64,000 bases of DNA, from positions 128,001 through 192,000 of the forward strand of contig CBDDBZ010000031.1 of assembly GCA_965225945.1 (NCBI GenBank), read 5' to 3'. The position numbers were made by a program, and so were the translations under genes. A model generated the notes under the pieces. The model was not told where the DNA came from and did not search any database. It was given only the letters and a program-made list of their open reading frames with translations. Positions within the stretch are counted from its first letter, which is position 1, and the number at the start of each line of letters is the position of its first letter. Positions 41,269-52,462 of the stretch are shown piece by piece. This stretch comes from Alphaproteobacteria bacterium. GTDB lineage: Bacteria; Pseudomonadota; Alphaproteobacteria; GCA-2731375.

Positions 41269-42525
41269 ATGACAGCCTCCGCCGAGCTCGACGGCACCAG
41301 TGCGAAGTATCTCCGCGACAAATACGCCATCGTCGGCGTCGGCGAGACCCCCTACGTGCGCGGCTCCGGCCGCACCACACGGGCGCTCGGCGTCGAGGCG
41401 GTCAGGAACGCCATGGCCGATGCCGGCCTCGACGCGGTGGGCGTCGACGGCATGCTCTCCTATTCGAGCGGCGATTCGACCTTCACCCCCTTCATCGCCG
41501 GCGATCTCGGCCTTCGCCTGAATTTCTTCATGGACGTCTTCGGCGGCGGCTCCAGCACCGAGGCGCTGATCGGTATCGCCATCGGCGTGATCGAGGCCGG
41601 CATGTGCAAGACCGTCGCCATCTTCCGCGCCATGAACGGCTACAGCCAGGTGCGCATCGGCGGCACCGGCGCGCGCTCGGCGGCACCCATCGTCGGCGAC
41701 CAGATCCACATGCGCGCCTATGGCTGGCAGAGCGCCGGGCAGATGTTCGCGCCGACCTTCATGCGCCATATGTACGATTACGGCACCACGGCGGAACAGG
41801 TGGCGATGGTCAAGGTGATCCATTCCGAGCACGCCTCGAACAATCCCAAGGCTTATTACAAGCAGCGCGTGACGGTGGAGGAGGTGGTGGCGAGCCGGAT
41901 GATCGTGAAGCCGCTGCACCTGCTCGACTGCTGCGTCGAGACCGACAACGCCACCTGCATCATCGTCACGCGAGCGGAGCGGGCCCGCGACCTCCGCCAC
42001 CATCCGGTGCTGATCCGCGCCGTCGCCGGGCGCGTCAGCAAGCCCCGCATGGACATGCACTACCAGGCCGGGCCGATCTCCACCGTGGCGGGCCAGTGGG
42101 CCAAGGAGATCCTCTGGCCCAACGCCGGGGTCGGGCCGGAGGAGATCCAGGCGACCGGCGCCTATGACGCCTTCACCTTCACCTCGATGCTGCAGCTCGA
42201 GGATTATGGCTTCTGCAAGAAGGGCGAGGGCGGCGAATACGCCGCCAGCGGGATCATGCGGCTCGGCGGAAAACGGCCCAACAACACCTCGGGCGGGCAC
42301 CTCTGCGAGGGCTATACCCACGGCATGAACATGGTGATCGAGAACACCCGCCAGTTGCGCCACGATATCGACGATTCCTGCCCGCTCGGCCCCGACGGCA
42401 AGCGCAGGCACAGTTACGACTATGCCGAAGGCGGCTGCCGCCAGGTGAAGGACATCGAGCTGACGGCCAACCTCGGCTGGGCGATCCCGGCCACGGGGTC
42501 CGCCATGGTCATGCGCCGGTCTTGA
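41269..42525 (+). CDS. Thiolase-superfamily (SCP-x/Ltp2-like) protein
   Basis: AIVGVGET, NNPKAY, LHLLDCCVETD, YDAFT, NTSGGHLCEGY. No N-terminal catalytic Cys (GGGSS). Confidence 0.9.
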   Translation: MTASAELDGTSAKYLRDKYAIVGVGETPYVRGSGRTTRALGVEAVRNAMADAGLDAVGVDGMLSYSSGDSTFTPFIAGDLGLRLNFFMDVFGGGSSTEALIGIAIGVIEAGMCKTVAIFRAMNGYSQVRIGGTGARSAAPIVGDQIHMRAYGWQSAGQMFAPTFMRHMYDYGTTAEQVAMVKVIHSEHASNNPKAYYKQRVTVEEVVASRMIVKPLHLLDCCVETDNATCIIVTRAERARDLRHHPVLIRAVAGRVSKPRMDMHYQAGPISTVAGQWAKEILWPNAGVGPEEIQATGAYDAFTFTSMLQLEDYGFCKKGEGGEYAASGIMRLGGKRPNNTSGGHLCEGYTHGMNMVIENTRQLRHDIDDSCPLGPDGKRRHSYDYAEGGCRQVKDIELTANLGWAIPATGSAMVMRRS

Positions 42526-42546
42526 GGACGGAGGGAAACGGATAAG

Positions 42547-43065
42547 ATGACGATCAGAGCCGATTATCTGGGCATGTCGCTGACCCTCGACGACCTCGAG
42601 GTCGAAAACCGGGAATTCTTCCGCCATTGCGGGGCCCATGATTTCCACCTGCAACGCTGCCTCGCCTGCGACCTGCTGCACTATCCGCCCGGCGCGGCCT
42701 GCCCGTGGTGCGGCGGGGCCGAGAACGCGTGGGTCGCGGTCGAGGGCAAGGGCACGGTGCATTCCTATAACGAGGTGCATCACGCCATTCAGCCGGCCTT
42801 CAAGGCGCACGTGCCCTATATGCTGCTGCTGGTCGACTTGGACGCGCAGTTGGGCCGGCCGAGCGAGCACGAGGCGATCCGCGTCGCCGGCAATCTGACC
42901 ACGCCCGAGGGCGTGTTGGCGCCGCCGGAGATGGTGAAACGCGTCGGCATCGGCACGCGGGTGCGCATGGTCTTCACCGACGTGACGGAGGGCTTGTCGC
43001 TGCCGCAATGGACGATCGACGAGGACGCCGACCAGCCGGAGCCCTGGAGATATCCCCAGGAGTAG
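42547..43065 (+). CDS. DUF35 Zn-ribbon/OB-fold protein
   Basis: QRCLAC...CPWC, GKGTVHSY, VPY, IGTRV. Confidence 0.92.
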   Translation: MTIRADYLGMSLTLDDLEVENREFFRHCGAHDFHLQRCLACDLLHYPPGAACPWCGGAENAWVAVEGKGTVHSYNEVHHAIQPAFKAHVPYMLLLVDLDAQLGRPSEHEAIRVAGNLTTPEGVLAPPEMVKRVGIGTRVRMVFTDVTEGLSLPQWTIDEDADQPEPWRYPQE

Positions 43066-43182
43066 GTGGGCGGCCCGGCGAGTGGCTGTACCCGGAGCGC
43101 TCCGGCGCCACGCGTGCTTTGTCGGGCCGCCCCGCATCGGTTTAGACTGGCGACCACGGCTCGTTTTCTCGATCGCTGGCGG

Positions 43183-43494
43183 TTGCCCAAGGGCAGCAAG
43201 CGGCGCTATCGGCGCGCCGGCGCGACGCTCTCCGGGGCCTATGTCGCCGGCGGCCAGCGCCATTCCGGCGAAGTCGTCAACATCTCGCCGGGCGGCGTCT
43301 GCCTCGCGGTCGAGAGCACCGCCGGGCTCCACGAGGGGGGCGAGGGCACCTTCGAGCTGACCGACTTCGGCGAAATCCCGGCCCGTGTCTGTTACGCGGT
43401 CAGCCTCGGTATCGGGCTCGATTTCCGGCTCGACGCCCGGCGCCGCGAGGCTTTGGCGGCGTGGCTCGAACCTCGCGCCGAGTTCGAAGACTGA
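43183..43494 (+). CDS. PilZ-domain protein
   Basis: RRYRR and NISPGG c-di-GMP motifs, GIGLDF. Start uncertain. Confidence 0.75.
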   Translation: MPKGSKRRYRRAGATLSGAYVAGGQRHSGEVVNISPGGVCLAVESTAGLHEGGEGTFELTDFGEIPARVCYAVSLGIGLDFRLDARRREALAAWLEPRAEFED

Positions 43495-43547
43495 GCCGGC
43501 CGGGACTTACGGCGGTTGCTCTTACACCACTCGGTGGAACGCACCCA

Positions 43548-44108
43548 TCAGTCCGCATCCGCGCCGTCGCTGGCCGCCGAACGAACGCGCCAGGTGTTCC
43601 GGCTCAACCGATAGAGTCGGAGCCGGTCGCGATAGTAGCGATCCGTCATGGCGATGTAGCGCAGGCCGAGCTTCTCGAGCACGCGGTGGGAGGCCAGGTT
43701 CTCGGCTCGGGCGAGCGCGATGACGGCGTTGGGATCGAGCCTCCGATAGCCCCAGTCCACGCAAGCGCGGGCGGCCTCCGTGGCGAGGCCGTGGCCCCAG
43801 TGATCGGTTGTGAGCGCGTACATCAGCTCCAGCGAGCCGGGCTCGATCGACACCGGCCTGAGGCCGCAATAGCCGATGGCCCGAGGGCTCGCGCGCGTCG
43901 TCACCGCCAGGGCACCGGTGCCGGCGGAGCGGAATTCGCCCCGGCTGTCGCAAATGAACTCAGCCGCGAAGTCGCGCGCGGCCTCGAGCGTCATTTCATC
44001 GACGGCCAGGTGGCGGCAAACCTCTGGGGAGGCGAACAAGGCCGCGATCTCCGCCAGATCGCCACTGTCCAGAGGCCGCAAGATCAGTCGTCGAGTCTCG
44101 ATCTCCAC
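43548..44108 (-). CDS. GNAT N-acetyltransferase (RimJ/RimL-like)
   Basis: IETRRLILRP, WGHGLATEAA, NLASHRVLEKLG. Confidence 0.9.
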   Translation of the reverse strand: MEIETRRLILRPLDSGDLAEIAALFASPEVCRHLAVDEMTLEAARDFAAEFICDSRGEFRSAGTGALAVTTRASPRAIGYCGLRPVSIEPGSLELMYALTTDHWGHGLATEAARACVDWGYRRLDPNAVIALARAENLASHRVLEKLGLRYIAMTDRYYRDRLRLYRLSRNTWRVRSAASDGADAD

Positions 44109-44207
44109 CCGCGCACCCGATGTATTTCGCCGGCTCCCGGCCACGCCCCCGCTGGTGCGCTTGATATAACATGGCGTGGGGGCCGAGGAGGAGGCGGATG
44201 CGGGCGG

Positions 44208-44565
44208 GCGGCTTGTCCAGGCTGCAGGTCAAGCTGATCAAGGCCGGCGTCCGGCCGGAGCGGATCGAGCCGGGCAAGCCGCAACGGAATGGCCGCCACG
44301 AGCGCATGCCTCTGACCTTGAAACAGGATGTCTGTTCGCCGCCGGCCGCCACGCTCGATGGGCAGATGATCCGCTTCGGTGAATTCCAACACGTCTACAA
44401 CACCGAGCGGCCGCACGAAGCCCTCGGTCAGATCCCACCGGTCAGGGTCTAGCGTCCCTCCGAGCGGTGCTTCGACGGGCGGCTGCGCTCGCCGGACTAC
44501 GAGGACGGCGTCGAGGTCCGCAAGGTCAGGAGCAACGGCGAGATCAAGTGGCGGGGGAGTCGCCA
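44208..44565 (+). pseudogene. IS481-family transposase internal remnant
   Basis: PERIEPGKPQRNGRHERM..TLK, YNTERPHEALG, in-frame TAG, VRKVRSNGEIKWRG. Confidence 0.82.
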
Positions 44566-44589
44566 TTCATGGCGGTTGGTGTTGGACAC

Positions 44590-45939
44590 TCAACGCCCCT
44601 GGGCGAGGGCGAGCAGGCGCTCGGCGTCGAGCGGCAGGTTGCGGCGGACCTCGCCCTGCTCGCCGAAGGCGCCGAGCGAGGTTCCATCGACGAAGAATTC
44701 CAATCCGCCGAGATTGCCGGTGGTCAGCCTCAGGTCGCCTCGATCGGGCACGTGGTAGCTGTCGCCGGGCTTCAGAATGCGGGTCAGCAGCAACTCGTTC
44801 CGGCCGTCCAGCACCTGAACCCAGGAATCGCTCAGCGCCCGGAGCACCACCCGCGCATCGCTTCCGTCGGCGCCGAAGCGTCTGGGCGTGCGCGCTGCCG
44901 GCAGGGTGGCGTCGGTGGCCGCCGCCGCGTCGCTGGCTGAGGGCAGCGGCGGCGGCGCCGGCAGCTCGGCGCTGGCCGCCCCGGGCTCGCGAGGCCGGGT
45001 TGCCTCGCCGGGAGCGTTCCGCGCCACCGCCAGCGCTCGGAGGGCGGGACGCGGCGTTGGGATCGGCGATTTAGCGCCCGATTCCCCCGTCGCGCCGAGG
45101 GTCGAGGGCGGCTGGTCGGACGCCGTCGTCTCCCCGGAAGATTCCTCGCGCGCCGGATCGCCCGAGGTCGCACCATCGCTCGGCGCGCCAGCGGTGCCCG
45201 CCAGCACGATGGCGTCCCGCGAGGCCTCACGGTCGACCGCCTCGGCGCTCGGACCTGTCTCGCCGGCCGATGTCGGCGCCGCGGTGCTGGCCGCCGGTGC
45301 CGCCTCGTTTGCCGCGCTCGATGACTCGCGCCACGCCGGCGGGGAGGCTCGCGCCGCCGTCTGTTCGGGCAGTGGCGGCGCGAGCAGGGCGGTCAAATAG
45401 TCGGGCGGTGGCGGCACCTCCTCGGGCGGCGGCCTCGGCTCTGAGGTGATGTACCAGGCCGCCGCCAAGGCAACCGCGGCGAGCAGCGAGACCGCGATCA
45501 GGCGGGCCGGTGGCCGGCGCGGGTCCTCCGCCGGCCTGGGCAGGCTCACCGATCGCGGCGGCGCGGGATTGGATTCCTCGGCAAACCAGGTGAGCACGCG
45601 TTCCGCGTCGATCTCGAGGTAGTCGGCATAGGCGCGCAGGAAGCCCCGGGCATAGGCGCCCCCCGGCAGCTTGTCGAAGCGGCCGGCCTCGATCGCCGCG
45701 AGGTAGTGGATCTGGATATAGAGGACGCGCGCGACCTCCTCCAGCTCCAGGTGCTTTTCGGCGCGAATGCGCGCGAGTTCGGCGCCGAGACCGTCATAGG
45801 CGCGCTTCGTCGTCGAATCGGCACCACCGCCGTGCCTCCGGCTCGGCACCAGATTGGCGCGGAGCCGCGCCACCGCGACGCGGACCTTGCGCCCGTGTGC
45901 GATGCCGACTTCCCGTCTTGAACCTTTGCCCGCGTGCAT
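44590..45939 (-). CDS. rodZ: RodZ-like cytoskeleton protein (HTH, TM, DUF4115)
   Basis: YLAAIEAGRFDKLPGGAYARGFLRAYA, TM helix, DSWVQV...TTGNLGG. Start uncertain. Confidence 0.85.
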   Translation of the reverse strand: MHAGKGSRREVGIAHGRKVRVAVARLRANLVPSRRHGGGADSTTKRAYDGLGAELARIRAEKHLELEEVARVLYIQIHYLAAIEAGRFDKLPGGAYARGFLRAYADYLEIDAERVLTWFAEESNPAPPRSVSLPRPAEDPRRPPARLIAVSLLAAVALAAAWYITSEPRPPPEEVPPPPDYLTALLAPPLPEQTAARASPPAWRESSSAANEAAPAASTAAPTSAGETGPSAEAVDREASRDAIVLAGTAGAPSDGATSGDPAREESSGETTASDQPPSTLGATGESGAKSPIPTPRPALRALAVARNAPGEATRPREPGAASAELPAPPPLPSASDAAAATDATLPAARTPRRFGADGSDARVVLRALSDSWVQVLDGRNELLLTRILKPGDSYHVPDRGDLRLTTGNLGGLEFFVDGTSLGAFGEQGEVRRNLPLDAERLLALAQGR

Positions 45940-46293
45940 CCCTGGAAATCACCCGATCGAAGGGCCGTTTTGGTCGCGCTTCCGACCGCTCGCCCGATCA
46001 TGGAGGATGGGGCGGCTTTGAGGCAAGAAGTTGGCCGCTCCGGTGTTTGTCGGTCCCGGCCCGACGATGCCGCGACGGCTGGCTCGCAATACCGCTCGAG
46101 CGCGCCCTCACGCTGGAGCGCTTCGGGTTTGAAGCTATTCGCCGGCCCGCCGCGCCCCGGCCAAACCGCCCATGAATGGTACCCTAGGGCGTGGTTGGGC
46201 CAGGGGAGTGGGCCGGTGATGGCGCCAAAAGTCGCCGCCCAAAGTCGCCGCGGGCGACGTTTCGGCCGGACACCGAGAGAGGAGAACCGAATC

Positions 46294-47127
46294 ATGCGAA
46301 TAGGCATTTCGCTCCCCGTGCGGGAGCTGGGCGACGATATCGGCGCGATCAAGGATTTCGCGCGGGCCGCCGAGGAACTGGGACTCACCCACCTGAGGGT
46401 CCCCGACCAGGTCATTCGACCCGGCAGCGGCCCCCTTCACGAACCCCTCGCCATGATGGCGCTGATCGCCGGCGTCACCCAGAGCATCGAGCTCGTGCCC
46501 TCGGTGATCGTCCTGCCGGCGCGCCAGACGGTGCTGGTGGCCAAGCAGGCGGCGACGATCGACAGGCTCTCGGGCGGCAGGTTCCGGCTCGGCATCGGCG
46601 TCGGTACGGACGAAGTGGAGTATGGCGCGCTGGGCGCTCGCTTCCGCGATCGCGGCGCGCGGTGCGAGGAGCAGATGACGCTGCTGCGCCGGCTCTGGAC
46701 GGAAGAGGTGGTCGACTTCGAGGGCCGCTTCGACCGAGTCGCGAGCGCCGGCATCAACCCCCTGCCGGTGCAACGGCCGATCCCGATGTGGATCGGTGCC
46801 AGCGCCCTGCCGAGCCCGCGCATCCGCCGCCGCATCGGGCGGTGGGCGGATGGTTGGTTCGTGCTGTGTTCGCCGCAAGAGTTCCCGGGCGTCCGCGACG
46901 ACATCCATGCCGAAGCGGTGGCGGCGGGCCGTGATCCGGCCGAGATCGGAACCGAGGCCGGCGTCGCCGTCGTCGGCCCGCGCGAGCACGAATGGCGGAC
47001 CCGCGTCGCGGGCTGGCGCGACATGGGCCTGACCCACCTCTGTCTCCGCACGCTCGGCGGCGGCCTCGAGGCGGGACAGCACATCGAGCGCATGCGCCAG
47101 GCCGTGGTCGAGCTGCCCACGATCTAG
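46294..47127 (+). CDS. LLM-class flavin-dependent oxidoreductase
   Basis: VAKQAATIDRLSGGRFRLGIGVG, PVQRPIPMWIG, ADGW. Confidence 0.9.
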   Translation: MRIGISLPVRELGDDIGAIKDFARAAEELGLTHLRVPDQVIRPGSGPLHEPLAMMALIAGVTQSIELVPSVIVLPARQTVLVAKQAATIDRLSGGRFRLGIGVGTDEVEYGALGARFRDRGARCEEQMTLLRRLWTEEVVDFEGRFDRVASAGINPLPVQRPIPMWIGASALPSPRIRRRIGRWADGWFVLCSPQEFPGVRDDIHAEAVAAGRDPAEIGTEAGVAVVGPREHEWRTRVAGWRDMGLTHLCLRTLGGGLEAGQHIERMRQAVVELPTI

Positions 47128-47279
47128 AATTTTGCCCCGTCCGCGTTTGCGTCCCCGATCGGCTATCATGGGGGCGAGCACGATTCGGATCCCCGTCATC
47201 GTGCCGACGGTGCGCGGCGACCCGCCGGCCTCACGGCGGCGCGGCATCGGGTTATCTGGATCGCCGATCGGAGGCGTCG

Positions 47280-48023
47280 ATGCTGCAACCTACCGATGGC
47301 TTGTTGCTAATTTGTTGGCTTAGAAAGCCGCTGCGAATTGGCGGGGTGGTGCCGAGCGGCGCCCGGCTTTCCCGAATGATGGCGGTCGAGGTCGACACCG
47401 CGAGCCCGGGCCCAGTGGTCGAACTCGGCGGCGGCACCGGCGCCATCACCCGGGCCTTGCTCGACGCCGGCGTGCCCAGGGAGCGACTGATCGTCCTGGA
47501 GCGCGAGCCGGAGCTCCATCGCCATCTGAGGGAGCGGTTCCCCGACCTCACCGTCCTGGAAGCCGACGCGGCGCAGCTTACCCGGAGCCTGCGCCGGCTG
47601 GAGATCGAGGCGGTCGGCGCCGTGGTCTCCAGCCTGCCGATGCTCTCGATGCCGGCACGTCTGCAGCGGCTGATTCTACGTCAGTCCTTCGACCTGCTCG
47701 GGACCGACGGCGCCTTCATCCAATACACCTATGGCCTCCGCGCGCCGGTCGCGACGGCACGGCTGGCGGATTGGGGCATCGAGGCGCGCGAGATCGGTCG
47801 CTCATGGCGCAACCTGCCACCGGCGAGCGTGTGGCGGCTGGAGCGGCGTGGGACCTTAGCCTTTGCTCTAAAGTCGCCATCGCCCGCCGTCGCGCCGCCG
47901 TTGTTCCCGGGCCCTGTTGCCGGGTTGGCGGATCATGCTAGGTGGAGGCCGGAGCGGGCGGCGGGCGCCCGGGAGGAGGACAACCATGAGCTTTCGTCAC
48001 GTCGTCTTCGAGATCCAGGATGA
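47280..48023 (+). CDS. Phospholipid N-methyltransferase (PmtA-like)
   Basis: PLRIGGVVPSG, VELGGGTGAIT, VSSLP, FIQYTY, NLPPA. Confidence 0.85.
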   Translation: MLQPTDGLLLICWLRKPLRIGGVVPSGARLSRMMAVEVDTASPGPVVELGGGTGAITRALLDAGVPRERLIVLEREPELHRHLRERFPDLTVLEADAAQLTRSLRRLEIEAVGAVVSSLPMLSMPARLQRLILRQSFDLLGTDGAFIQYTYGLRAPVATARLADWGIEAREIGRSWRNLPPASVWRLERRGTLAFALKSPSPAVAPPLFPGPVAGLADHARWRPERAAGAREEDNHELSSRRLRDPG

Positions 48024-48822
48024 GATCGCGACCCTCACCCTCAATCGGCCGGAGGCCTTGAACGCGCTCAGCCCGGAGATGCGCGAGGGCCTGCGCGGCG
48101 CCGTCGCCAGCGTCAAGGAAAAGGCGGGCGAGGAGATCAAGGTCCTGATCCTGACCGGCGCCGGTCGCGCCTTCTCGGCCGGTGGCGACGTCAAGACCAT
48201 GAACAATCGGCTCGGCAGTCCGATCAATTCCCGCGCGGCGCTCAGGAGCGACCACGAGCTCATGTACGACATCCTCAACCTGGAGCTGCCGGTGATCAGC
48301 CTGGTGAACGGTCCGGCGGCCGGCGCCGGGGCCAACATCGCGCTCGCCGCCGACTTCGTGCTGGCGACGCCGCGTTCCTTCTTCATGCAGGCCTTCGGCC
48401 GCATCGGCCTGGTCCCGGACTGGAGCGGCTTCTACATCCTGCCGCGCCTCGTCGGCCTGCAGAAGGCAAAGGACATGGTCTTTACCGCCAGGCGCGTCTA
48501 CGCGGAAGAGGCCAAGGAAATCGGCCTGATTTACGACATCGTACCGGAGGAGGGCGCGCTTGCGGCCGCGCGCGCCTTCGCCGAGCGCTTCCGAATTGCC
48601 TCGACCACGGCGATCGGCGTCGCCAAGAATATCCTCAACCAGTCCTTCAATCTCGATCACCGCACGTTGCTGGAGCTGGAGGCGAGCGCCCAGGCGGTCA
48701 CTCGTACCAGCCCCTATCACGCCGAGGCGATCCGTCGCTTCGCCGACAAGGAGCCGTCGCTGTTCGACTGGGAGGCGATGGACCGCGCCGCCGCCGGCAC
48801 CGACACGGCCATCGGCGAGTAG
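47986..48822 (+). CDS. Enoyl-CoA hydratase/isomerase family protein
   Basis: LNRPEALNAL, AFSAGGDV, GPAAGAG, GLVPD. Confidence 0.93.
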   Translation: MSFRHVVFEIQDEIATLTLNRPEALNALSPEMREGLRGAVASVKEKAGEEIKVLILTGAGRAFSAGGDVKTMNNRLGSPINSRAALRSDHELMYDILNLELPVISLVNGPAAGAGANIALAADFVLATPRSFFMQAFGRIGLVPDWSGFYILPRLVGLQKAKDMVFTARRVYAEEAKEIGLIYDIVPEEGALAAARAFAERFRIASTTAIGVAKNILNQSFNLDHRTLLELEASAQAVTRTSPYHAEAIRRFADKEPSLFDWEAMDRAAAGTDTAIGE

Positions 48823-48833
48823 AGGGAAACAGA

Positions 48834-49799
48834 ATGACCAAGCGGATCATGATCCAGATGCCGATCACCGACGGCATCAAGTCGGTGCTCGAAGGGCGCG
48901 ACGACGTCGAATACGACCGCTTCACCGAGCTTTCGGAGGACAACATCCTGCAGCACATCGCCAACTACGACGCGGCGATCCTGGGGGTGGCGCCCTTCAC
49001 CGCTCGAATCGTCGAGCACGCGGAAAAGCTGATGATCGTCGCCCGCCACGGCGTCGGCTACGACAGCGTCGACGTCGCTGCGCTGACCGCCAAGGGCGTG
49101 CCGCTGGCCGTCGTCGGCATCGCCAACTCGGTCACCGTGGCGGAGCATTCGCTCTTCTTCATGCTGTCGTTGGCCAAACGGGGCCAGCTCTTCGACCGCG
49201 AAGCGAGGACCGGCAATTGGAACATTCGCTTCGAAATGCCGGCCTTCGATCTGGCCGGGCGCAAGGTCTTGATCCTGGGCTTCGGGCGGATCGGCCGGCG
49301 GCTGGTGAAACGCTGCGTCGCCATGGAGATGGACGTGCTGGTGCACGATCCCTACGTCATTCAGGACACGATCGTCACCGCCGGTGCACACCCGGTCGCG
49401 GATTGGCGGGCAAAGCTGGGCGAGATCGACTTCCTCTCGGTCAACTGCCCGAAGAACGAGGAGACCGACGGCATGGTCGGAACGGCGGAGCTCGCGGCGA
49501 TGCGATCGACCGCCTTCGTCGTCAACACCGCGCGCGGCGGTATCGTCGACGAGGCGGCGCTCTATGACGCGCTGAAGCGCGACGTCATCGCCGGCGCCGG
49601 GATCGACCCGTTCGTCGTCGAGCCAGCGAGCGCCGGCCATCCGCTGTTCGAGTTGCACAACATCCTGGTGAGCCCGCATTCCGCCGGGGTCACCGTCGAG
49701 TCGATGTTCCGCATGGGCGCGGTGGCGGCCCAGAACGTGCTCGACTGCTTCGACGGCAAGCTCGACCCGGCCAACGTCATCAACACCGAGGTGTTGTAG
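48834..49799 (+). CDS. D-isomer-specific 2-hydroxyacid dehydrogenase
   Basis: RHGVGYD, GFGRIG, NTARG, SPHSAG. Confidence 0.93.
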   Translation: MTKRIMIQMPITDGIKSVLEGRDDVEYDRFTELSEDNILQHIANYDAAILGVAPFTARIVEHAEKLMIVARHGVGYDSVDVAALTAKGVPLAVVGIANSVTVAEHSLFFMLSLAKRGQLFDREARTGNWNIRFEMPAFDLAGRKVLILGFGRIGRRLVKRCVAMEMDVLVHDPYVIQDTIVTAGAHPVADWRAKLGEIDFLSVNCPKNEETDGMVGTAELAAMRSTAFVVNTARGGIVDEAALYDALKRDVIAGAGIDPFVVEPASAGHPLFELHNILVSPHSAGVTVESMFRMGAVAAQNVLDCFDGKLDPANVINTEVL

Positions 49800-49811
49800 G
49801 GCGAAGCCGGA

Positions 49812-50993
49812 TCAGCCCAAGAGTTCGGCCAGCAGGGCGTTCAGCACGCGGCGGCCCCTCGCGGTGGCGCGGAGCCGCTCGGAGCTGGCCTCCAGGAAAC
49901 CGCCGTCGATCAGGCGTGCCTCGGCCTCGGTGTCGATGACCTCGCCCGCGGGCGCGAAGGCGGGGCCGGCCAGCGAAGCGAGCCTCACGCCCTCGGTGAG
50001 GCGGAGCCCCATCATCAGCGCCTCCTCCGTCGCCGTTTCGGGCGCCAGCGCCTCGTCGCGCGCCGAGCCATGGCCGTCGGCCGTCGCCGCCCGCAGCCAA
50101 CGCTCCGGTAGCCGGTGCGCCGCCGTCGCCCGCCGTCGCCCGGCGATCGTCACCCGGCCGTGCGCGCCCGGGCCGATGCCGACGTAATCCTCGGCCCGCC
50201 AATAGGCCAGGTTGTGCCGGCTTTCGCCGCCGAGGGCCGCGTGGTTGGAGATTTCGTAGGCCGGCAGGCCCGCCGCCTCGGTGAGTTCCACTGTCACCTC
50301 CCGCAAGGCAACCTGGCTCGCCTCGTCCGGCATTGCCAGCCGGCCCAGCCGATAGGCCGTGTGGAACGCCGTCCCTTCCTCGATCGTCAACTGATAGAGC
50401 GAGAGATGGTCGCCCACGAGCTCCAGGGCCCGGGCCAGCTCCTCGCGCCAGGCGGCGACGGTCTGCTCGGGGCGGGCATAAATCAGGTCGAGGGAATGGC
50501 GGGGAAAGGTGGCGCGGGCGAGCCCGACCGCATCGATCGCCTCCGCCGCCGAATGGCCGCGCCCGAGCATCGCCAAGGCCCCATCGTCGAGCGCCTGCAC
50601 GCCGATCGAGACCCGGTTGACACCGGCCGCCCGATACTCGGCGAAACGCGCCGCCTCGACCGAGGTCGGATTGGCCTCCAGCGTAATTTCCACCTCGTCG
50701 CCGAGGCCGAAGCCGCCCTCGATCGCCTCGAGGACCGCGGCCACCGTCTCCGGTGCCATGAGCGAGGGCGTGCCGCCGCCGAAGAAGATCGAGCTCGCCC
50801 GCCGGCCCGCGAGCCGCGCCGCCCAATAGGCGATTTCGCGCCGGTAGGCCTCGCGCCATGCGGCCTGGTCGACGCCATCGCGGACGTGGCTGTTGAAGTC
50901 ACAATAGGGGCATTTCGCCAGGCAGAAGGGCCAGTGGACGTAGACCGCGAGCGGTGTCTCGCCTTCAGCACGGGGGCTAGCGGAAGCAGACAT
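49812..50993 (-). CDS. hemW: Radical SAM heme chaperone HemW
   Basis: [36 protein letters not shown]. Confidence 0.95.
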   Translation of the reverse strand: MSASASPRAEGETPLAVYVHWPFCLAKCPYCDFNSHVRDGVDQAAWREAYRREIAYWAARLAGRRASSIFFGGGTPSLMAPETVAAVLEAIEGGFGLGDEVEITLEANPTSVEAARFAEYRAAGVNRVSIGVQALDDGALAMLGRGHSAAEAIDAVGLARATFPRHSLDLIYARPEQTVAAWREELARALELVGDHLSLYQLTIEEGTAFHTAYRLGRLAMPDEASQVALREVTVELTEAAGLPAYEISNHAALGGESRHNLAYWRAEDYVGIGPGAHGRVTIAGRRRATAAHRLPERWLRAATADGHGSARDEALAPETATEEALMMGLRLTEGVRLASLAGPAFAPAGEVIDTEAEARLIDGGFLEASSERLRATARGRRVLNALLAELLG

Positions 50994-51588
50994 CGATCAA
51001 CTCGGCAAAGGCGGCGGTACGGTGGCTGAGCGCCTGCTTCGCCGCCGGCGCCATCTCGGCGAAGGTGAGCTCGGCGCCAGCGGGCAGGAAGATCGGATCG
51101 TAGCCGAAGCCCTCCTCGCCGCGTGGCGGCCAGATCAGGCGGCCGGCGGCGGTGCCGCGCACGGTCTCCACATGGCCGTCCGGCCAGGCGAGGGTGAGGA
51201 CGCTGACGAAATTCGCGCCCCGCCGCTCGGGCGCGTCCGCGCCCAGGGCCTGGAGACGCCGTTCGACCTCGGCCATGGCGTGGGCGAAGTCGCGCGTCGG
51301 TCCGGCCCAGCGGGCCGAATGGATCCCGGGCGCGCCGTCGAGGGCGTCCACCGCTAGCCCTGAATCGTCGGCCAGCGCCGGCAGGCCGGCCCTCGCCGCC
51401 GCCGCCCTCGCCTTCAGTTCGGCGTTGGCCTCGAAGCTGGTGCCCGTCTCCGCCGGTTCCGGCAGGCCGAGCGCGCCGGCCGAGAGGCAGGTGACGGTGA
51501 AGGGTTCCAGCAGTTTCTCGATTTCCCGCGCCTTGCCGGCGTTGTGGCTCGCCACCACCAGGCAATCGCCGTCGAAGGGTCGCGCCAT
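50977..51588 (-). CDS. rdgB: dITP/XTP pyrophosphatase
   Basis: [23 protein letters not shown]. Confidence 0.96.
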   Translation of the reverse strand: MARPFDGDCLVVASHNAGKAREIEKLLEPFTVTCLSAGALGLPEPAETGTSFEANAELKARAAAARAGLPALADDSGLAVDALDGAPGIHSARWAGPTRDFAHAMAEVERRLQALGADAPERRGANFVSVLTLAWPDGHVETVRGTAAGRLIWPPRGEEGFGYDPIFLPAGAELTFAEMAPAAKQALSHRTAAFAELIDVCFR

Positions 51589-51597
51589 CGCTCCGCC

Positions 51598-52323
<726 letters not shown>

Positions 52324-52425
52324 GGTGCCATTCTCCTTTGCCGCCGCCCAGGACGGTTTTCTAAGCGATTTCGAGCCCGAGGGAAAATGATCCCTCGACG
52401 CGGCCCTGAACACCCCCCGCCGCGT

Positions 52426-52453
52426 TGACGCTGGTCGGGGAGTCGCCTTTTAT
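52426..52453 (+). promoter_or_regulatory. Candidate original hrcA promoter (RpoH-like TTGAC...CCTTTTAT)
   Basis: ttgacgctggtcgggagtcgccttttat, immediately before the IS4 TSD. Confidence 0.45.
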
Positions 52454-52462
52454 GGCGATTGG

